From the NCBI GenBank assembly GCA_022839105.1, contig JALHDH010000004.1, positions 2,062 through 66,061 on the forward strand: 64,000 bases of DNA, read 5' to 3'. The notes under the pieces were generated by a model, which saw nothing but the letters and a program-made list of their open reading frames with translations, searched no databases and was not told the DNA's origin. A program made the position numbers and the translations under genes. Shown here in pieces: positions 58,132 through 64,000 of the stretch. Source of the DNA: a bacterium (GTDB lineage Bacteria; Vulcanimicrobiota; Xenobia; Xenobiales; Xenobiaceae). Every line of letters begins with the position of its first letter. Position 1 is the stretch's first letter.

Positions 58132-59422
58132 CCTCCAGGAAGACGGCCACCCCGCTCCGATAACGTCCCTCCGCCATGGCCAGCGCCTCCCGGGCCCGCT
58201 CCACTTCGACCTCGGCAGCCTTGGAGGCGCGCTCGGCGCTCTGGTGCTCCAGCCAGGCCCGGCGAACCTGCAGGGCCACCGACTCGCGGGCCTCCCGCCA
58301 GTTGGCCTCCGCCTCCTGGACCCGGGCCCGCGCCTGACGGACCTCGTGGGTCTTGAGGTTGCCGTCCAGGAGGACCCAGCGCGCCTCGAGGGCCACCCGC
58401 CAACCGGCCTCACCGGGCAGCAGATCCTTGTCGTAGGAGACCCCGTTGGTGGAGCCCACCGCATAGAGCTCGGGGTGGCGTCCCGACTCGACGGCCTGCA
58501 GGGCCAGACGCGAGGATTCCAGCGCCGAGCGGGCCTGGAGGACCTCCGGACGGGTCTGGCAGGCCTGCTCTTCGGCTTCCTCGAGAGAACCCGGCGACGC
58601 CGGAGGCAGCGGAGGCCCGGACAAGGCCAGGGGGGTCCCCAGGGGCAACCCGAGCAGCCGGTTCAGGTCTGCCTGGGCCAGCGCCACCGAGTTCTCGACC
58701 TGGACCCGATCCAGTTCAGCCCGGGCCACGGGAACGCGGGCAAAGACCAGATCGGCCCGCGCCGCCGTCCCCTCCTCGAAACGGATCTCGGTCATCCGCA
58801 TCTGCTCGTGGGCCAGGACCTCGGCTTCCTGGGCGAGCTCCAGCCGGAAGCGGGCCTGGAGAGCCTCCAGCCAGGCCTCTTCCAGATCCCGGCGCAGATC
58901 CCGCACCACCGCCCCAAGCGCCGCCCGGGCCTGCCCCTCCAGGGCCCGCGCCGAGGCGATGCGGGCCGCGATCTGGCCTCCGTCGAAGAGGAGCTGGCGA
59001 ACCTCGAGCTGGAATTGACTGGACCCGTACTCAAAACCCTCGGTCTGGAAGGGACGGTCCTCGACCAGCCCCACGACCCCGGGACGCATCCCGAACGTGC
59101 TCAGCACCAGGGGAGGTCCGGGGGTGGTGCGGACCTGCTCGCGGAACCCCGTCAGGGCGGCCTGGGTCCGAGCCGGCGCCGAGGCGACTTCGGTCTGCTC
59201 CTGGGCCTGGGTGATCCGCGCCAGGGCCGCCGCGACCCCGGGACTGTGGGCCAGGGCCAGACGCCAGGCCTGCTCGAGTTCAAGAGGCAGGGCCTGTCCG
59301 GCAAGGTCGGCTCGCTCGACGGCGGCCGGAGGCCCCTGCGCGGGCTCCGAAGCCAGCGAGGCTGCTCCCGGAGAGAAGGCAACGAGCGAAGCCCCCAGCA
59401 GGGCAAGCCAGCAGGCCCTCAA
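58013..59422 (-). CDS. TolC-family outer membrane efflux protein
   Basis: Signal peptide; LELEQAWRLALAHSP, RQLLFDGG, AEGRYRSGVAVFLEVSQAR. Confidence 0.88.
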   Translation of the reverse strand: MRACWLALLGASLVAFSPGAASLASEPAQGPPAAVERADLAGQALPLELEQAWRLALAHSPGVAAALARITQAQEQTEVASAPARTQAALTGFREQVRTTPGPPLVLSTFGMRPGVVGLVEDRPFQTEGFEYGSSQFQLEVRQLLFDGGQIAARIASARALEGQARAALGAVVRDLRRDLEEAWLEALQARFRLELAQEAEVLAHEQMRMTEIRFEEGTAARADLVFARVPVARAELDRVQVENSVALAQADLNRLLGLPLGTPLALSGPPLPPASPGSLEEAEEQACQTRPEVLQARSALESSRLALQAVESGRHPELYAVGSTNGVSYDKDLLPGEAGWRVALEARWVLLDGNLKTHEVRQARARVQEAEANWREARESVALQVRRAWLEHQSAERASKAAEVEVERAREALAMAEGRYRSGVAVFLEVSQARVDLLAARTSQVAARHEVLRARSRLDWARGLEPPE

Positions 59423-61209
59423 ATCCCCTCCTCCGGGCCCGGTTCGCCCAGCATTCCCCGCGCGGTCTGGAGGGCTCGGGAAGCCTCTTCGGGATCCGTC
59501 CCGACCAGGCCCTCCCCGGCCGTCTGGTAGGCCCAGGCCCAGGTGCGCACCAGGTGCCGGGTCCAGAATGGCCGCTCGGATTTCAGCGAATAGTCTCCCC
59601 GACGCCTCACCCCGTCCAGGATGGCCAGGGAGCGACGCGAGGCCTGTTCGCGCTCGGGAATCGGCTCACCAGGAGCCAGATAGCGATAGAGCAGGCCTTC
59701 GGGGACAAAGAACCCCTCCACCTCGGCAGGGAGGAAGTCGAGATGGACGGGAAGGCCTTGCGCCCTGGCCTGCCGGAGCAGACCCGACAACCCTCCCTCC
59801 CGAAGCGCCCGGGCCTGGTCCGAAGGCAGCGTGGCCAGGAACCACTCCGAGGTGCCCAGGCCGGCCGGCACGTGCGTCAGGGGCCTGCCCTCGACCATCG
59901 TGGCGTAGAAGAAAATCCCGGAGGTCAGATCGTTGCCCGTCACCACCAGAGCCCCCGGAGGGAGCCCGGCAAGCATGGCCTCCAGGCTTTCGGGCACCTG
60001 ATGCTGACCGCGCTCCGAACATGCGGGAAGATTGAGGAGGAACGCGCCCAGAAGGCTCAGCCCGCAGATTCCCAGGGACAGACTCCGGACCCAGGCGCGG
60101 GGGAAGCGCAGGGCCCAGGCCAGGCCCAATCCGATCAGGCCCGCGAATCCCAGATCCGAGGAGGCATAGAATCGCTCCATCATGTCCAGGTAGCCCTCGC
60201 CTCGCGGCTGGGCGCCCACCAGGGCCCAGACCGGGCCCGCCATGAGCCACAGGAACCCGAAGAGCAGAGCCTCGGGCCTCCGGCGGAGAATCCCCAGTCC
60301 CCCCCCCAAGACTCCGAAAAGGCCCCCGAAGAAGGGAAACTGCCAGGCCAGGAGCGAGCGCCCCCAGGCCTCCAGGTGAAAGGCCCCCGCAGGCTGGGTC
60401 CCCGAGGCCCGACTGAGCTGGATCCCCCCGTATCCCTGGCGCGTGACCGACCACCAGAGACGCTCGGGCGAATCGGGGTTGCCCCAGTTCAAGGGAGGCC
60501 CCTGCGAAGCACGCCAGGACATCCAGGCATAGGGGGACAGACCCAGGACCAGGGCCGGCACGCAGGCCCAGGACCAGCCCACGGGCCGCCCGTCCCGGGC
60601 CAGCCACAGATAGCCCAGCAAACCAGGAAGCACCAGCACGATCGTCTGGTGATGGGCCATCCCCAGGCCCAGGACCAGGGCCCCCAGCGCCAGGAGGCGC
60701 CGGCGTCCCGGATCGTCGGCCTCCCTCCAGCAGGAAGCCAAGGCCAGCAAGGCCGCGAGCAGGGCCAGATGCAGCGAGAAGACCTCTGCCCCCACGGCCA
60801 TGCGCCAGGGGGTGCGCGCGCAGGCGAAGAGGGCTCCGGCCAGGAGACCGGCCAGCGCCAGACCCGTGAAGCGGGCGATGGCAAAGGTCGCCAGACCGAC
60901 CCCCAGGGCCCCGGCCAGGGCGGCGAAGAGGTTCATCGCCCAGGCCGGATCGCCGGGCACGAGGCGGGTGAAGAGGTGGCCGATCAGGACATAGAACGGA
61001 TATCCGGGCGGATGGGCGATCCCCAGGACCGTGGCCGCGGTGACCAGTTCGGCGCTGTCGTGACCGGGCGGCAGCCCGGGCGCCATGGTGGCCAGATAGA
61101 GCGCCAGACTGCCGGCAAAGGCCAGAGCGCCTGCCCCGATTTTCCAGTTCACGGAGGCTGATTTCTGCGCCCCCCGGGCCAGGCCTGCCCGGGGAAGGGG
61201 CCTCGCCAT
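59419..61209 (-). CDS. DUF2723 (TMEM260-like) membrane glycosyltransferase-like protein; start may be GTG 61152
   Basis: DSAELVTAATVLGIAHPPGYPFY, AEVFSLH, HHQTIVL, LNWGNPDS. Confidence 0.85.
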   Translation of the reverse strand: MARPLPRAGLARGAQKSASVNWKIGAGALAFAGSLALYLATMAPGLPPGHDSAELVTAATVLGIAHPPGYPFYVLIGHLFTRLVPGDPAWAMNLFAALAGALGVGLATFAIARFTGLALAGLLAGALFACARTPWRMAVGAEVFSLHLALLAALLALASCWREADDPGRRRLLALGALVLGLGMAHHQTIVLVLPGLLGYLWLARDGRPVGWSWACVPALVLGLSPYAWMSWRASQGPPLNWGNPDSPERLWWSVTRQGYGGIQLSRASGTQPAGAFHLEAWGRSLLAWQFPFFGGLFGVLGGGLGILRRRPEALLFGFLWLMAGPVWALVGAQPRGEGYLDMMERFYASSDLGFAGLIGLGLAWALRFPRAWVRSLSLGICGLSLLGAFLLNLPACSERGQHQVPESLEAMLAGLPPGALVVTGNDLTSGIFFYATMVEGRPLTHVPAGLGTSEWFLATLPSDQARALREGGLSGLLRQARAQGLPVHLDFLPAEVEGFFVPEGLLYRYLAPGEPIPEREQASRRSLAILDGVRRRGDYSLKSERPFWTRHLVRTWAWAYQTAGEGLVGTDPEEASRALQTARGMLGEPGPEEGI

Positions 61210-61228
61210 CGTCGTGGAATCCGCCGCC

Positions 61229-61615
61229 ATGACTTCAAAGCATACCCCCATCACCACCGAGAACGCCCCGGCCGCCATCGGCCCCTACTCCCAGGCCATC
61301 CGCTGCGGAGACCTGGTGTTCTGCTCGGGACAGATCCCCCTGGATCCCCGAAGCGGTGAGCTGGTCGGAAAGACCACCGCCGAGCAGACCGAGCAGGTCC
61401 TCAAGAACCTGCAGGCCGTCCTGGAAGCCGCCGGTTCCAGCCTGGACCGGGTCCTGAAGACCACCGTCTTCCTGCAGGACCTCGCGGACTTCAACGAGTT
61501 CAACCAGGTCTACGCGCGCTTCTTCGCCCAGGTCCCCCCGGCGCGCTCGGCCGTCCAGGTGGCCGGGCTCCCTCGCGCGGTCCGGGTGGAGGTGGAGGCC
61601 GTGGCCCGACTCTGA
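61229..61615 (+). CDS. ridA: RidA family reactive-intermediate/imine deaminase
   Basis: APAAIGPYSQA, SGQIPLDP, KTTVFL, PARSAVQVAGLPRAVRVEVE. Confidence 0.93.
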   Translation: MTSKHTPITTENAPAAIGPYSQAIRCGDLVFCSGQIPLDPRSGELVGKTTAEQTEQVLKNLQAVLEAAGSSLDRVLKTTVFLQDLADFNEFNQVYARFFAQVPPARSAVQVAGLPRAVRVEVEAVARL

Positions 61616-61695
61616 AAGCCCGTGCCTCGGGCCTTCCGACAGAAGGAATCGGGAGCAAAAAGAGGAAGGAAAGCGGACATTTTTCGACCCGCAAT

Positions 61696-61711
61696 TCGAA
61701 CTTGAGTTCGA
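61696..61711. promoter_or_regulatory. Perfect Gram-positive-type LexA (SOS) box TCGAAC-N4-GTTCGA
   Basis: TCGAACTTGAGTTCGA in the intergenic region 95 nt upstream of ATG 61807. Confidence 0.6.
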
Positions 61712-61806
61712 GCGGCATGACCGGATCCTGAGGCGACAAGCCTCTGGCGCGTCGATCCGCCCTTGATTCCATGGGATCCGGCAAGAATTCCGGAGGTAGA
61801 CAAGAC

Positions 61807-62064
61807 ATGGCTCGCAGTTCGCCCAAGAAGCCCAGCCCGCCGAAGTGCCGCAGCACCGGCGCCAATCTGGAAGGAAAGGACTGGGTGCGTATCGGCGGCA
61901 GCAAGTGGCTCCGCGAAGCAGCCGTCAAGGAAGGCAAGTTCATCCCGATCGAGCACCGCGAGGGCTACAAGGCCAAGGCTGTGGCCAAGGCCGCCACGAC
62001 GCCTGAGGTCCCTGAGGCGCCCGCCGAGGAGAACGCCCCGATCGAGAGCGCCGCAACAGAATAG
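61807..62064 (+). CDS. Small hypothetical protein (85 aa; basic N-terminus, acidic Ala/Pro/Glu tail)
   Basis: GGAGGT SD; strongly biased codon usage; 26 nt upstream of the EF-G2 gene. Confidence 0.7.
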   Translation: MARSSPKKPSPPKCRSTGANLEGKDWVRIGGSKWLREAAVKEGKFIPIEHREGYKAKAVAKAATTPEVPEAPAEENAPIESAATE

Positions 62065-62090
62065 ATCCGCCACGGACGGAGGGACCACGC

Positions 62091-64000
62091 GTGAAGAGCT
62101 ATCCGACTGAACAGATTCGCAACGTCGGCCTATTCGGCCATCAGGGAGCGGGCAAGACCTCGCTGGCCGAAGCGGCGCTGTACGTTTCCGGCGCCATCGA
62201 CCGGTTGGGCAAGGTGGAGGAGGGTCACACCACCACCGACTTCGATCCCGACGAAATCAAGCGCCAGATGACCGTGTTCACGGCCCTGGCCCCCATCGAA
62301 TGGAAGACGGGCAAGATCAACATCCTGGACACCCCGGGCTTCTTCGACTTCCTGGCCGAGAGCCTCGGCGCCCTGCGCGCCAGCGAGGGGGCCGTCCTGG
62401 TGGCGGCCGCGAACTCGGCCATGGAGGTGGGCCTGGAGAAGATCTGGGACCTGACCGAAGAACGCTCGATGCCCAGGATCCTGTTCGTCAACAAGATGGA
62501 CAAGGAGAACGCGGACTTCTTCCGCCTGATGGACGAATGCGCCGAGAAGCTGCACGGAGCCCGGGTGGTCCCGGTGCAGATCCCCATCGGGACGGCCGAG
62601 ACCTTCCAGGGAATCGTGGACCTGGTATCCCAGAAGGCCTATACCTTCGACGCCAAGGGCCATCCTCAGGAGATCGCCATCCCGGCCGACCTGCAGGACG
62701 CCCTGGCCGGTTGGCGCGAGAAGTTGACCGAAGAGGCGGCCGAAGCCGACGACGAGCTGACCGAGAAGTATCTCGAGACCATGGAGCTGACCGACGAGGA
62801 GATCCGCGACGGCCTGTTCCGCCGCATCAAGTCGGGCAGCATCGTGCCCGCCCTGTGCGGTTCCTCGACCAGCCTGAAGGGCGTCTCGCTCCTGCTGGAT
62901 GCCATCATGGAGCTGATTCCGGCTCCCTGCGCCGAAGTGCCCGGAACCACCCCGGATGGCCAGGAGATCCGCCGCCCGGCGGAAGCCAAGGCCCCGCTGA
63001 CCGCGCTGATCTTCAAGACCAGCTCGGACCCCTACGTCGGCAAGATCTCCTACATGCGGGTCTATACCGGGACCCTGAGGCCGGACTTGGTGCTGCACAA
63101 CCCCAACCGGGGCGAGGATGAGAAACTCGGCCCGATCTTCACCATGCGGGGCAAGCAGCAGGACAAGGTCGATCAGGCCCAGGCTGGCGACATCGTGGCC
63201 GTCGGACGCCTGGGCGGCTCGGCCACGGGGGAGACCCTCTGTGACCCGGCCAACAAGATGCAGTTGCCAGCCCTGGAACTGCCCGAGTCCTTCTTCACCC
63301 GTTGCATCCGGGCCAGGTCCAAGGCCGACGAGGACAAGCTCTCGGCCAACCTGCAGCGCTTGATGCAGGAGGACCCGACCTTGAAGGTCAAGCGGCTCGA
63401 CGAGACCCGCGAGACCATCCTCTCGGGCGTGGGCGACGTGCAGCTCGATCTCTGCGTCGAACGGCTCAAGCGCATGGGCGTGGACGTGGAACTCTCCACC
63501 CCCAAGGTGCCCTACCGCGAGACCCTGCGCGGCAAGGTCCAGCAGGTGGCCCGCCACAAGAAGCAGTCGGGCGGCAGGGGACAGTTCGCCGAGGTCCATG
63601 TCGAGCTCAGCGGCCTGCCCAGGGCTTCGTCTTCGAAGACGGCATCGTCGGCGGAGTCGTGTCGAAGAACTTCATCCCCGCCGTCGAGAAGGGCGCCCGC
63701 AAGGCGATGGAGGAAGGAATCCTGGCGGGCTATCAGGTGGTCGACGTCAAGATGCGCCTGTACGATGGGAAGATGCACGACGTCGACTCCTCGGACATGG
63801 CCTTCCAGATCGCCGGCAGCATGGCGTTCAAGGAGGGAGCCGTCAAGGCGGGTCCGGTTCTTCTCGAGCCGATCTACGAGGTCGAAGTCCTGGTGCCGGA
63901 GTCCTTCATGGGTGACGTCATCGGCGATCTGAACTCCAAGCGCGGCCGCATCCTGGGAATGGAGCCCACGGGACGGAACCTGCAGCGCATCAAGGCCCAG
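62091..64000 (+). CDS. fusA: Elongation factor G-like protein (EF-G2 type), partial at the window end, reading frame broken near 63620 (pseudogene or sequence error)
   Basis: [27 protein letters not shown] in frame 62091; [24 protein letters not shown]...DVDSSDMAF...DLNSKRG resumes in the -1 frame from 63623. Confidence 0.9.

Noticed and set aside
63606-63630. Programmed -1 frameshift as the explanation for the EF-G2 break
   Set aside because: No slippery heptamer in frame; an indel is more parsimonious.

Overview
A high-GC bacterial chromosomal window of mostly housekeeping and envelope genes. I saw no CRISPR array, transposase, prophage, rRNA or tRNA. Gene order: prfB (5' part, with its programmed frameshift), secA, a secreted beta-propeller protein, a YqgF-like nuclease, DUF3084, lptF/G-lptB-lptC, a SpoIVB/S55 peptidase-propeller fusion, a TPR protein, an MBL hydrolase, a NuoI/GltD-like chimera, a NifU-like protein and a MerR-type regulator. 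Then comes a ~650-bp intergenic region with a DnaA-box-like palindrome, a consensus sigma70 promoter, a candidate sRNA and a convergent 6S-like RNA. It is followed by a degenerate M14 peptidase, gloB, a PAS/GAF-RsbT-like kinase, sdhCAB, a CPBP protease, a 1256-aa orphan, thrS, a TPR protein, an ABC permease, two GT-C-like membrane proteins, an M16 peptidase pair and a pseudokinase-propeller/B-box/DUF3857 cluster. The window ends with ispE, an NTP transferase, an EF-hand/RTX-associated protein, a GT2, TolC, DUF2723, RidA, a small basic protein behind a perfect Gram-positive-type SOS box, and a frameshifted EF-G2. Lpt and TolC genes together with a Firmicutes/Actinobacteria-type LexA box and DUF3084 synteny suggest a diderm Terrabacteria lineage, for example Armatimonadota/Eremiobacterota-like; this is inference only. 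The most striking item is a complex I NuoI subunit apparently split by an inserted GltD/NfnB-like NADPH flavoprotein. All protein-family calls come from motif recognition by eye; no database search was run.
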